This document shows positions 1 to 12,600 of a stretch of DNA of 64,000 bases, one piece after another; within the stretch, counting starts at the first letter, position 1; each line of letters begins with the position of its first letter. Below the pieces are notes generated by a model. It was not told the origin of the DNA. It worked only from the letters and a program-made list of their open reading frames with translations, and searched no databases. Position numbers and translations under genes: made by a program. The stretch spans positions 186,001 to 250,000 of the forward strand of contig NGBS01000583.1 of assembly GCA_002245135.1 (NCBI GenBank). The letters are read 5' to 3'. The stretch comes from Proteromonas lacertae (lineage: Eukaryota).

Positions 1-750
1 GGTATTGCAAGAATGTCAGGTTTAGCTCCTCAAGTGAGAAGAAAAACATATGCGCTTTATATTGCTGGTAATTGTACAGCAGCATTAGGTAAAGGATTTG
101 CGATTGGTTCTGCTTGTCTTGATAGTTTAGCATTATTTGGTGCATTTGTTACAAAAACAGATATTATTAATGTTGATATTCTCAATCCAATCACATTTTG
201 TGGATTATTAATTGGAGCAATGATTCCATTTTGGTTTTCATCGTTAGCATTAAAGAGTGTAGGTAAAGCCGCTAAGTCTATAGTGGAAGAAGTGAGAAGA
301 CAGTTTAAAGAACATCCAAGAATAATGAGTATTAGATATCCTGAAGTTCCTGATTATCAAAAGTGTATTGCTATTGCAACTACAGCTAGTCTGAAAGAAA
401 TGATCGCACCTGGATCTTTAGTAATGTTATTACCAGTACTTTGTGGGTTTTTCTTAGGTGTAGATGCTTTGACTGGACTTTTGACAGGAATATTAATTAG
501 TAGTGTTCAAATGGCTATAAGTTCAGCAAATAGTGGTGGTGCTTGGGATAATGCAAAAGTTTGTATAGAAAAGGGATTTGGAGGTAAAAACAGTAGAAGT
601 TACACAGCTGCTGTTGTTGGTGATGCAGTTGGAGATCCTTTGAAAGATACATCTGGTCCTTCATTGAATATTTTGATGAAATTGAGTGCATCACTGTCAT
701 TAACACTAGCTCCATTCTTTATGGCACATTCTTTATGGCACATTCTTTAA
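1..750 (+). CDS. Membrane-bound H+-translocating pyrophosphatase (V-PPase), 3' part; 5' end lies outside the window
   Basis: Family motifs GNCTAALGKGFAIGSA, NSGGAWDNAK and GDAVGDPLKDTSGPSLNILMK, with several TM helices. Confidence 0.95.
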   Translation, partial: GIARMSGLAPQVRRKTYALYIAGNCTAALGKGFAIGSACLDSLALFGAFVTKTDIINVDILNPITFCGLLIGAMIPFWFSSLALKSVGKAAKSIVEEVRRQFKEHPRIMSIRYPEVPDYQKCIAIATTASLKEMIAPGSLVMLLPVLCGFFLGVDALTGLLTGILISSVQMAISSANSGGAWDNAKVCIEKGFGGKNSRSYTAAVVGDAVGDPLKDTSGPSLNILMKLSASLSLTLAPFFMAHSLWHIL

Positions 751-802
751 CAAAACATTAATATAAATATAGAAAAAACTTAAATTAATAATAGTTAAAT
801 AT

Positions 803-1570
803 TTATAAATTGGTTTTTATATCTAATGGTCTCATTCCATAATACCTTCTGATTCTATTAGTTTCACATACAGTACTGTATAATTCACCATTTTCGTTAA
901 TGAGTGTTCTACAATGCAAATTATCCCTTTTCAATTCATCTTCTTTGCTGATTATTAAAAGTTTCATCCCCAGTAATTTACGAACTCTATTCGTTTCATC
1001 AATTGAACAGATTATCTCTCCATCATCTGATAGAGTAATATAAGCAATTGGAATTTTTGATTTAGGATTTGGAGGAGGTATTGATACTATTTCCGGTAGT
1101 ATACCTGAAGGTGGAAAAAGAATTAACGATTTTTTTGTTAATTTGATATACTCATATTTAATTTCTGATTCTATATTATATATTATAAACGTCAAACTAT
1201 AAAAAAATATAGATTTATTTATAAAATACTGTTCTTTACATATTGGACAGATTTTATTTATATTTACCCAAGCTTTGATACATTCAAAACAAAATCTATG
1301 GAAACATGGTAAAGCAACTGAAAACTATTTATAAATATATTATATTTAATACTGTATCCCTTTGAAGAGGATTTAAACAAACAGTACAGTCATATTCATT
1401 TAATTCTTCTATTTTTACATATTTTATTGGTTTTTTATAAGCTGATTCAAACATATCATCATCAACATGTTTCTACAATAAAAAATAATTAAAATCTATA
1501 CTCTTTTTCTTGAAATTTTATTATTATCATCCAATTGATCATTATTACTTACTAGATTTATTTTTGACAT
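803..1570 (-). CDS. RING-HC (C3HC4, Topors-like) finger protein with two C-terminal HIND-like motifs; 3 short introns
   Basis: Spliced translation gives CTVC...LPCFHRFCFECIKAW...CPICK, then SIDETNRVRKLLGMKLL and STVCETNRIRRYYGMRPL. Confidence 0.75.
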
Positions 1571-1667
1571 CCTATCACCATCAATACAAGAATAAAAAAG
1601 GAATTAAAAAATTGTAAAACGAATATAATTTTATCAACTATCCATTTCTTTTTTTTGTAGGTTAGAG

Positions 1668-3543
1668 ATGGATGATCAACAAAATATTCCTATTCCTGAA
1701 AGTACAGCAACGTAGGTTTTGTGATACTTCAAGTAGTTATGTTGCGTATATTACATTTCTTTATTTTGTTGTAGATATTTAAAGAATAGAGTTCACATCA
1801 GAAATCATCATGATATGGTCCCTATTTACCCATCAGCTGAATATTCATTTCTTATGCCTGCTCCAATATCAATACCAAATGATTTAGGTAGTCTATTGAC
1901 GGTCAGATATTGTCATACATCTTCAAGCAAAGAAAGAAGTGAAATATTATCTCTATCCTGGTCTCCTGGAGGTAGAAGAATAATTAGTGGATCCAAAAAT
2001 GGTCAGCTAACATTATGGGATGGAAATTCATTTCACAAAGAAAAATTTTTATCAGTATTTATATATTTATTATTTACTAAAATAATAGGGAAGTCAGGAA
2101 GGTATAAAATGTCTATGTTGGAGTCATAATGAAAAATGGTTAGTAACAGGAGATCAGTCGGGAGATATAGCATTTAGAAAGCCAACACTAGATCTATTGT
2201 TTTCTAGTAAAGTATATATATGTATATATTATTATTAATAGTGTCATGAAAAAATGATCAAAGCAATTTCCTTCTCTCCAACAGATACAAAATTCTTAAC
2301 CTGTAGTGATGATAGTAAAGTGAAAATATGGACTTTCGATCAATCTAAAATCACTAGTGTATTTGAATATACAGATCATGGTAATGAAGTAAATGGAGCT
2401 GATTGGCATCCGTTTTATAGTTTAATTGCATCAGGAGGTAAAGATAATTTAATTAAAATATGGGATCCAAAGGTTAAAAAAACATTACATTCATTGTATT
2501 TATTTATTTGTTATATATATATATATATTAATTTATATTTAAATAGAACTGGTCATAATGGAGGAATATTGAAAGTATTGTGGAATAGAAATGGTAATTG
2601 GTTAGCTGCTTCTTCATTAGATGCGACAGTACAAATGTATTTATATTACAATCAATTTATGTATTGAATAGATATGATATTAGAACAATGTCAAAATTCC
2701 AAGAATTAACAGGTCAAAATAAATATGTAACATCTTTAACATGGCATCCAATCTGTGAAGATCTATTAACTGGAGGTACTTATGAAGGTGCAATTCACTT
2801 TTGGAAAGCAGAGTATAAATTATATTATTGTTATAACATAGTGAATCTCAACCTATTCATTCAATTCCTCAAGCTCATTTTGATGATAAAGATGGAAAGC
2901 CAAAAGCAGTAAATGATCTAATATATCATCCAGATGGTCATTTATTATGTAGTGGAGGTAATGATTCAATGATTAAAATGTGGATAAGACCAAGACCTGG
3001 GGATAAACGAGAATTAGATTATCAATTAATAGCTAGAAATGGATATATAGAAAAGAGTATTTATTTTTACATTTATATCATGTATTTAGCTATAAGACAA
3101 GATGCTGCATCTGCTACAATACCTTGTCTATCAGTTGAACCAGTTGCTAGTATTATTGTTGATGAATTATAATTAATTAGATATTCTTGTGTCAAAACTT
3201 GGTATTGTTAATACTACTCGTGATCTAACAACTGAGTATATATTCTTTATTCATATATTCATTCTTATTATAGTGAACCGCCAGAGAATTATCAATGTTC
3301 AAAATGTCATGGCAATAGTCATTGGTTGAATCAATGTCCTTATTTCAATGTTCCACCTCCTGGTTATATCTGTAAAATATGTCATAAATCTGGACATTGG
3401 GTTGAAGTATAAATATTTAATTCTAATTATTATGTTAATAGGATTGTCCAACAAGAATTCCTCCTGGTGATTATGTTTGTGAATTGTGCCATGAACCAGG
3501 TCATTGGAAAAAGGATTGTCCAAGATATGTAAGAAGAAATTAA
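1668..3543 (+). CDS. WDR33: WDR33/Pfs2 mRNA 3'-end processing WD40 protein with three C-terminal CCHC zinc knuckles; multi-intron, one apparent frameshift near 1700
   Basis: WSPGGRRIISGSKNGQLTLWDG, FSPTDTKFLTCSDDSKVKIW, DWHPFYSLIASGGKDNLIKIWDPK and KMWIRPRPGD match WDR33/Pfs2; short GT-AG introns near 3150 and 3236 join it in frame to PPxxYxCxxCxxxxHWxxxCP x3. Confidence 0.85.
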
Positions 3544-3680
3544 CAGTAAGAATATATTTTTTGTTTTTTATTGTAATTGTATATTAATAAATCATTGAAA
3601 TAAACAATTATCAATATTCGTTTCTATATATACAACTTTTTTAAAAGTCAAGCTTTTTTCATTAGTTTGTGTTTCAAAAT

Positions 3681-5003
3681 ATGAAAATCGTTTTATTTAT
3701 CCTTTTCTTAGCCTCGTTTGCCTGTGCTGACCAGTGGGCTGTTATTGTTGCAGGTTCACAGACATGGTTTAACTACCGTCATCAAGCTGACGCCTGTCAC
3801 GCTTATCAAATTCATAAAGCCAATGGAATACCAGAAGATCACATTATTTTATTCTCATATAATGATATTATAACAGATACTTTAAACCCGTTCAGAAATC
3901 AGTTATATAATCAACCAGGTGAGAATCCTCCAGATGTTTACGATGGATGCAAAGTTACTTTTCAGTCAGGCAATTGTTATAGTGAAGTTTATAAAGCAGT
4001 TTTGGTAGGAGATCAAAAGAAATTAGATGACTTGGTTCATAGAGAAGGTTATCCTGTATTAAGGAGTAATGAGAATGATACAATATTTCTATCATTTTTT
4101 GATCATGGTGGTCCATATACAGTGTCATTTCCAATGATTGATGATAAACTCACAGCAGATGATTTAATGAAGACTTTAATGACAATGAAACAAAAGAAGA
4201 TGTATAAGAAGATCGTATATTACATGGAAGCTTGTTATAGTGGCAGTATGTTCCAAGATCTCCCTGATGACATGAATATCTATGCAGTAACAGCAGCAAA
4301 TGAAAAGGAATCTTCTTGGGCTTATTACTGTGATGATAGTGATACAATTAAAGGAATTCATATCTCTCCATGTTTAGGTGATTTATTTTCCATCACTTGG
4401 ATGGAAGATACTGATTTGAATAAGAAAGATGAAACATTAAATGATCAATGGAAACAAATAATAAAAAGAACAACTTCAAGCCATCCTCAGCAATTTGGAG
4501 ACAAAACGATGGTGAATGAATCAATATGGGATTACATTGGCAATAAAAATATTAATAATAGAAAATCATTAAGAGTTGAATCAAGATCACCAAGAATCAA
4601 GTCATTTGGTAGAGCAATAAAGAGTAGAGATGTATATTTAACTACTTTGAAGAAGATGATTAATAATAATTACTATAAACAACACACTGAGAAATTGATC
4701 TCTACTTTGAAAGAAGAAGAAAATTATAGAAGAGTTACTGATAATAGATTTAATATTTTAGTAAAAAGCTTGACAAATAGTGAAAGTGTGAAAAATAAAA
4801 TCTTAAAAGGTGATCCAATAGTTGTTAAAGATCGTAGTTGTTATTATGAATTAATAGATGCTAATAATAAGTATTGTGGACATACTAGAGAATATACTTT
4901 GAATTATTATCCAACATTATTGAATTTATGTGAATATAAGATAGGAAATAGTAGTGAAATAATATCAGCAATGAAAAAAGTGTGTAATGAAATTCAATTT
5001 TAA
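3681..5003 (+). CDS. Legumain / asparaginyl endopeptidase (peptidase C13), signal peptide, intronless
   Basis: WAVIVAGS, NYRHQADACHAYQ, catalytic His in DHGG and Cys in EACYSGSMF; hydrophobic N-terminus. Confidence 0.95.
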   Translation: MKIVLFILFLASFACADQWAVIVAGSQTWFNYRHQADACHAYQIHKANGIPEDHIILFSYNDIITDTLNPFRNQLYNQPGENPPDVYDGCKVTFQSGNCYSEVYKAVLVGDQKKLDDLVHREGYPVLRSNENDTIFLSFFDHGGPYTVSFPMIDDKLTADDLMKTLMTMKQKKMYKKIVYYMEACYSGSMFQDLPDDMNIYAVTAANEKESSWAYYCDDSDTIKGIHISPCLGDLFSITWMEDTDLNKKDETLNDQWKQIIKRTTSSHPQQFGDKTMVNESIWDYIGNKNINNRKSLRVESRSPRIKSFGRAIKSRDVYLTTLKKMINNNYYKQHTEKLISTLKEEENYRRVTDNRFNILVKSLTNSESVKNKILKGDPIVVKDRSCYYELIDANNKYCGHTREYTLNYYPTLLNLCEYKIGNSSEIISAMKKVCNEIQF

Positions 5004-5052
5004 TAATAATAATTAATTTTTTAATTTGTATTGTTTGAGTAAAATTATTTAA

Positions 5053-7615
5053 TTACATTAATCCAATATTTTTTATTAAAATTCTTTGTATTGACTTTCT
5101 TAATCTGTTAGATATTTTTTCTTTCTTTGATTTAATCTTTATACATATCTTTTTTGCATATACAACATCATAATAATTATTCTTTTTTATATATTCTTTT
5201 ATAATATTTGGTGATAGAACTTCATTTTCAATCATTTCAATAATTTTATCAAACTCTTTTTTACGCAATTCTATATTCTCAACTTCCATATATTTGAAAT
5301 TCTTAAATGATGATAGTATCTTATACATAGAGTCAAATGAATAATCTAATTATTTATATATTCACAAATGAGTATACTTTTGACTGTTAAAACATTGATG
5401 TAAGGAATTGAAGATAAACTATTAAATGAAATCTTTGATTTTAAACTATCAACTGTTATTTCATCAATTACTTCATTCTTTTTATATATTTCTTCCATCT
5501 CTTTGTATTTACCCAATTCTTTCAGATTTGAATAGTAATTCTTGTCTCTCAGGATATTTGATTCATTCACAACTACATATAATAATAAATTACAAAATAT
5601 ATGTTTATATATACAATAAGCAATAAATATATCTAGAGTTATTATTTGTGATGATAGTAAAGGCAATAACACTGTTAAACCATCAGATTTAAAAAAATAC
5701 TGAGTATATAAGTGACTAAATTTAATCTTTTTAATTTTTATGTAAATTTTTGGTATTTCAGCAATTTCTTTTAAACAATCATTTGTTAAATTACTTAGAT
5801 CGAAAGTTAAAGTATGCCAATGTCTTAGCAAATGGTTCTAATACTGACGATAAGCTTTTGTTACTGCTTAGATATTTAATGCTTCTTGTTACAGTCAATA
5901 CATTTGGCTCACTATCATGAATTACTACCCATTCTGTTTCTTTTTTTAACTTTTGCATCTCATCAATCATTGAAACATATAACAAATGATTTTGTTTAAT
6001 TAATTCATCAATCTCTTCTATTTCTGTATCGCTAATAGAATTACTACGAATATCAAGTGTTTTCAAATGCTTCAACTGAGGAATCGCTTCAATAATTGGG
6101 TATATAATATCTTCATATGCTGTTACACTTCTCAGATGCAAATGCTCTAAATTTGGCATGTATTTCAAACTATTCTTCAATTCTGTTGAACTTTTAAGAG
6201 TAAAGTGATTGCTTGATATATCCAATGATGCTAATTTTTGTAACTGAGTGTTGATAACAAAGGAAAATGAATTAAATGGACTAACTGAGCTTAAACTTAG
6301 AGTATTAAGATTGGGATAGTTGTGGTATAATATCTGATATCAAACTAATGATCTTTTCATCAAGAGTTGTATCTATTAACAGTTATTTTATGAAAAATGT
6401 TTATATACTTTCAATTTTTAATACTTCTATACTCTCATAAGCTTTAATATTATTTGATATTTCTTTCACAATATCTGGAGTTAAATATTTATCATCTATT
6501 TTCATAACATTCTTATCAATTATAGATGAAATAATTACATCAGCTAATCTCATCATGAGTAGTGGTCAAAGACTCTCCTTTAATAACACATCGCTTAATT
6601 ATTAAATTTAATACATCTTTATCATTTGTTTCATTATATTGATCAATTAGAGATTTAATACTATCATCATCTCTTCGACTTGAAGGTAAACAAACTATTG
6701 TATTTTGAGATGAGATTATTTTCTTCTCTTTTAAGCTAGTCATTTATATAAGATATTGAATATCTTCGATTTTGATCATATACTATAATATGCTCTAATA
6801 ACTCATTGATTCTATTATCTTGCAGCTTTTCATATTCACAATTTCTGATCTTTATTACCAACTCTTGTTTATTTGAATCCGCAAACATGTTTCTTCCTGT
6901 TTTAATATAATAAATAACACAACCTAAACTCCATATATCACTTGCTATTCCAATATCTTTGTCTTCTAACATTTCTGGACTCATGTATTTCATTTCTTCT
7001 ATTGATATATTCTGATCTTTCTGTTTAAGCAAATATTGGCAATAATCACATATAACAACATTGGATTTATCATTGAACAGTATATTTTGTGGTTTTATAT
7101 TACCTATTAAAATATTCAAAATAGATGTTTTGTTCAATATTGCACAAATCTCACTTATTTGTTGATTTTGAATATCTTCATTTTTACTAAAATTCTCGAT
7201 TAATGTTCCTTTAGGGAAGTACGGTTCTGAACATTGCAATAAATCTGAATTCACTACCTTTATTTCTGTTTGACAAAAGAATGAGTATATTTTTAATCTA
7301 CCACAGATATCTTCCTATATTATAGTTTCAAATAAATATAACAAAATACATATTTCGATATTCCTATATGATTTGCATTGCTTACTGTTATAAATTTAAA
7401 TATGTGAAGAGTATTATCATCAGTGTTAATGACTTTGTAAGTGTCTTTGTTCGAAGTTCCATTTTCGATTTTATCCTTGATCTATTACAAACAATTACTG
7501 TAAAGTTGATACTTCAAAGTTGGATAGACTTTCATCTAATTCTGCCTATAGAAACTAAGACATATTTTTATACAAAGTTGAACTTTTTAGTAATTATATT
7601 TCTAAGCATAGCCAT
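5053..7615 (-). CDS. Pseudokinase plus leucine-rich repeat protein (several frameshifts; could be a pseudogene)
   Basis: GNIKPQNILF, ICDYC, YMSPE, SDIWSLGC, followed by LRRs (LEHLHL, LKTLDIRSNSI). Confidence 0.7.
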
Positions 7616-7699
7616 TTAAACGAAAAAGTTCACTTTTTGATCAAGCCAAGATTTGAAGAAAAAAACAAAAAAAAAGTTAAATAAGTATAATTATTGAAT

Positions 7700-9635
7700 T
7701 TAAGATGGTTGCATTGCTTTAGGTTTAAAATCAGGCTTTCTTCTTCTATAAATAATATAAAAATTGCATTATATACATTCTATTCAAAGAAGGACATTCT
7801 CTACTATGTAACAACAACTTCTTTTCATTATTAACATTCTATAATAGTAAATAATATAATAAATTATACATGATTATCAATAGATTGTTCTCTAAAATAT
7901 TCATCTACTAATCTCTCCATATGATTAGTTTCTTTAATCAAAGTAGTTGCTAAATACTCCAAATCATTATCACTTACATTTTCATAGGCTTCTGGACATA
8001 TCTGCTTCTGAAGTATTGGATTCATTTTACTATGAATGGTTAAAGCTTCACTTGATTTTTTTTCATTTTTATTATTGCTATTGTCATTGTTGTTATGAGT
8101 TTCAAATTTTCTTTTTGTAGCTATTTCTACATCATAAGAAGCATTTTGACTTTTCATTTTTGGTATATCTTTACAATAATGATATAATAAATATATTCCA
8201 GTTATTACCAGTAGAATAATTGCTATTAAAATGATAATAAAGAAAATCCATTCTGTTGTATATAGTGATTTCTCTTCAATTACTACTTTCTCTACAAATA
8301 CTTCTTTATATACAATTGCATATACACTATTAGAATCAGAAATCATAACAGAAATATCTTTTGCATTATTATAAATACTACTTAAACATTCCCAGTGATT
8401 ATCTACAATCTTAGCAAAGCAACATGACATTTTAGAATTATAAGGTATTAATGTAAAGTTATAAGGCAATTGTGGTTGGGTAATTTCAAAATTATGTGAT
8501 AAAAATAAAATTTGTACCATTGGAGTTAATAAATAAGAATTATTATATACTTCCATAGGTGGTTCTAATTCTGATATTTTCGAATGGCCAACTAATTGAA
8601 TAAATGCATAACCATTACTACCTAAGCCATAAGAATGAGGTAATCTCAATATTCCAAAGTATTGACCTTCATCATCCACTAATGTTAGTGTTATTGTACT
8701 ATAAGCACCTGTTCTTACTAAAACATTACTCATTGTTGTACCTTCTAAATGATAGGGAGGACATTCATTTGTATTCTTTACACATATTCCATAACCACAA
8801 TGATACTCATCTGATTTACATGGACCAAGACCTAAACAATTGGCTTTGGATGATTTAATATTAACACAACTTCCATCCATACATACTCTTTCATTGATAT
8901 TACATCCATTAAATGTTGGGCAAATATCTCTACAAATACCATCAGCACATGGATTACTACAGGCCTGCAGTGATATCATGACAGACATCTCTACTGTATT
9001 TGTAGCATTTACCATCTGAACATCTTACTGGTCTTGCTTTTGGACAAGGATGGAATTGCTGGACAATATTCACCAGTATTTCTCCAAGTACCATCACCAC
9101 AAAGATACTTTGCATCTTCTGTTCTCTTTTCTGTGCCACATAGTGATGGATGACTAACACATATTCCACTTACACATCTATAAGGTGCAGCTGAATCAAC
9201 ACAGAGGAATGAATAACAATCTGAAATGGATTTAACACATTGACCATCAGTACACATTACTGGTGATGATTCTGGACAAATATGTTCCGTTAAAACATCA
9301 TATCTTTTTGTTCTCTAAATAAATAGAATAATTATAATATATATATAATATATACAACTGGACATTGTGAACTATCTTCGACACAAGCTCCTGAAGCACA
9401 TAAATGTGGATTTGAGTATGGACATATTTGAACAGGCTTACAGTTCTGTGTAACTGGACCATTCAAAGCAACAGAATGTTCTCCATTCGCACATGGATAA
9501 GGCATTGTTTTGTTAATATGTAATGAATTATAACATACTTCTTTAGATGTCATTACTATACCATTTGGACAGTTATATCCTTCTCCTGGTTTTATCTGAA
9601 TGCAATCATGAATATTACTTTTACACTATTTATAA

Positions 9636-9674
<39 letters not shown>

Positions 9675-12600
9675 CTTCTCCATCTGGACACAATATAGGC
9701 TTATCAGTTGCACATAACATTGAATTCAAACAATCTTCTTTCTTTTCTACACATATCTTCTGATGATAACATCTATGTGGTTTATTAGCTGGACAACTGT
9801 AACTGTTATATTCCACACATTCAGATTCAGTTTTAACACATAATCCTGTTGATTTACAGAATATTGGTTTATTGAATGTACAATAATCTATTAGAATATA
9901 AATAGAGTAAAAAATACTTGGATTATTTTCATCGATACAATCACCCAAATTTTTAACACACATTCCACTACTTGGACCAGTTTTACATATAAAATCAAGA
10001 CATATTTCAACATTAGGTGGACATAAATCATTCACTTGAAAAGATGTAGAAACAGGTCTACATTCACCATTATTACATCTTTTTTCATACTTACTACAAG
10101 GTCTGATTATTTTACATTCATCATAAGTTCTAACACATTCACCATTAGCACAATATATTGGTTTATCAGGTGTACAACCTGAATTATCCATTTCTGGACA
10201 ATATTTAAAAGATGTCATACATAACCCATTTGGACACTTAATCATTCCATCTGGACAAAATCCTCCAGTAAAACAGGAACTCCATGAATTAACACAAGAC
10301 CCATCAAAACATCGAAAAGGAATATCAATTGGACATCCAAATATACTGATCTGAGTAGGATCTGGATTTGCGACAGTATTAGTACAACAAGTAGAAACTG
10401 ATGCACAACACATATAATTAAATACATTTGAACCTAATTGATAGCATAATACAATTTTAGACAATTCACAATCAAAACTATTACATTGATTAGGATGATC
10501 TACACATCTTCCATTATTGCATCTAATTGGTAAATGATCAGGACATCTTCCAAACATACAATTATCACGATTAGCTACACATTCACCATAGGGAGTACAT
10601 TTCATTAAACCATTATTACATTCTGGATGATAAGTGATTAATGATTCATCACCTATCTGTGGTTTTGTGTTAATACAATTACCAGTCAATGCATCAATCA
10701 TATAATCTTTATTATTTGGACATTCTTTTCTATTTTTACAGAATTCTATTCTATCCACACAATTACCATCACTACATAAATATTTACCATTTTCACATGA
10801 TTTCTGTGGAGGACAATCTTCATATCTGATTCTACAGGTATTATCCCAACAATTATAGGGTGTTCCAATTGGACAACCACTAGATAAGCCACATTCTTCA
10901 AATTTTGAAGCACAAGTCTTATCAGGACAATTGACTAATTCTTTTGGACATGAATTCACTTCTGGACATTGATTAACACTTTCTACACATGTTAAATCAT
11001 TACATAAAACAGGTAAAAAGTAGAATTAAAAAAACATTATAATTTATTATATATGATTTTAAAAAAAAAAAAGATATGATATTCTAACGGACAACTTACT
11101 ACTGAAGGACATAAATCTCTGCTTGATTTGCACGAACCATCACCACATTTTATCAACCCATTTAATGCACAAACAGTATCAGATTTCAATTGACGACATG
11201 GATAATTATATACTAAGTTATTACAATTACCAGTTGCTCTATTCAATGAATTTTCATAACATTTACTTAACTCATCATTATAATTTGGACATTGAAACAT
11301 TTCAACACATTTTCCATTACAATAAACCAATCCATTTTCACATTCACAAGCTAATAAATAATTATTATATAACAAATCTTCAACACAACTATCAAACGTT
11401 AAATCAAAGGATGTGTTAAAATAAGAGCAAGTTCTATCCCAACATTTAATATAACCATCTTTACATTGAGATTCTCTTGGACATAAATCACCAAAAGCAA
11501 CACAATCACCAGTTGGACATAAAGTTAAACCATCTTCACATTTATCTAACACTTTGCAAAAATCAGGAGATGGAACACATTCACCATTGACAATAAACAG
11601 GGAAATCAAATGGGACAAACAATATTAGAATTACACTGTAAACCAGATTGAACACAATCACCATTAGGACATCTGTAAGGTCTAGATAATGGACAACGTG
11701 TAATTCCATCTTCTTCACATTTAGTCACATTATCAACACATAATCCATTACTACATAATATACTATTAGGAGGACATTGTAATAATGATGGGCAATGTGC
11801 ACGATCTATTGCACAACCACCACCACTAGGACAGACAGTCATATTAAATCCACAGATTATAGAAGGATTACATTCTTTAATATCAGTTACACAATTACCA
11901 TCCCAACATTTATACATGTATAATGGGCAATACACTGTATTTGGACATAATGATTCAAATGGAGCACAAGTACCTTGAGGACAAAGTTTCATTCTATCAG
12001 GACAAGTAGAAAGTGGAATATCTTCAGGTTTATCATAACACAGATTATTTGGTCCTGTGATTTGATTCTTCGGACAATAAGAATGTTGTGGACAAGAATT
12101 ACCATTCACTGAACAACTGCCATCATTACATAATACTCCATTTGGACATTCAGTGAGTAAAGGACAAAGCACTGGATCTTCAACACAATGGCCAGTTATA
12201 CAGTAATAATAACCAGGTTGACATTGTGGATAGCGAGGACAAAGAGTATAATGATGAACACAAGTAGATAAATCAGAACATAGGAATGGTGATTCAGCTG
12301 GACATTTTGCTTCAACAAATAAATCACATTTTGCAATATCTAATACATAAATAAATGCAGTTGGACAAAGTCTATAATATAATGGTGCATATGGAAATGG
12401 ATTACATTCTTTATAAGAATTTGCACACTTATTATCTAAACACAAAACTTGATCATTGGAAGAAGGACATATCTCAAAACTAGCACTTTTCTGTAGCATA
12501 AATACAACGATTATTACATCTTTTATAATTCTCTGGACATGGGCAAAGTGTTGGATAATCAACACATGAATTATCCCAACATCTATATTGTGTTGAATCT

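Noticed and set aside
9628..9675. (TA)n tracts (also about 2512, 36655, 46423)
   Set aside because: Simple microsatellites inside ordinary GT-AG introns
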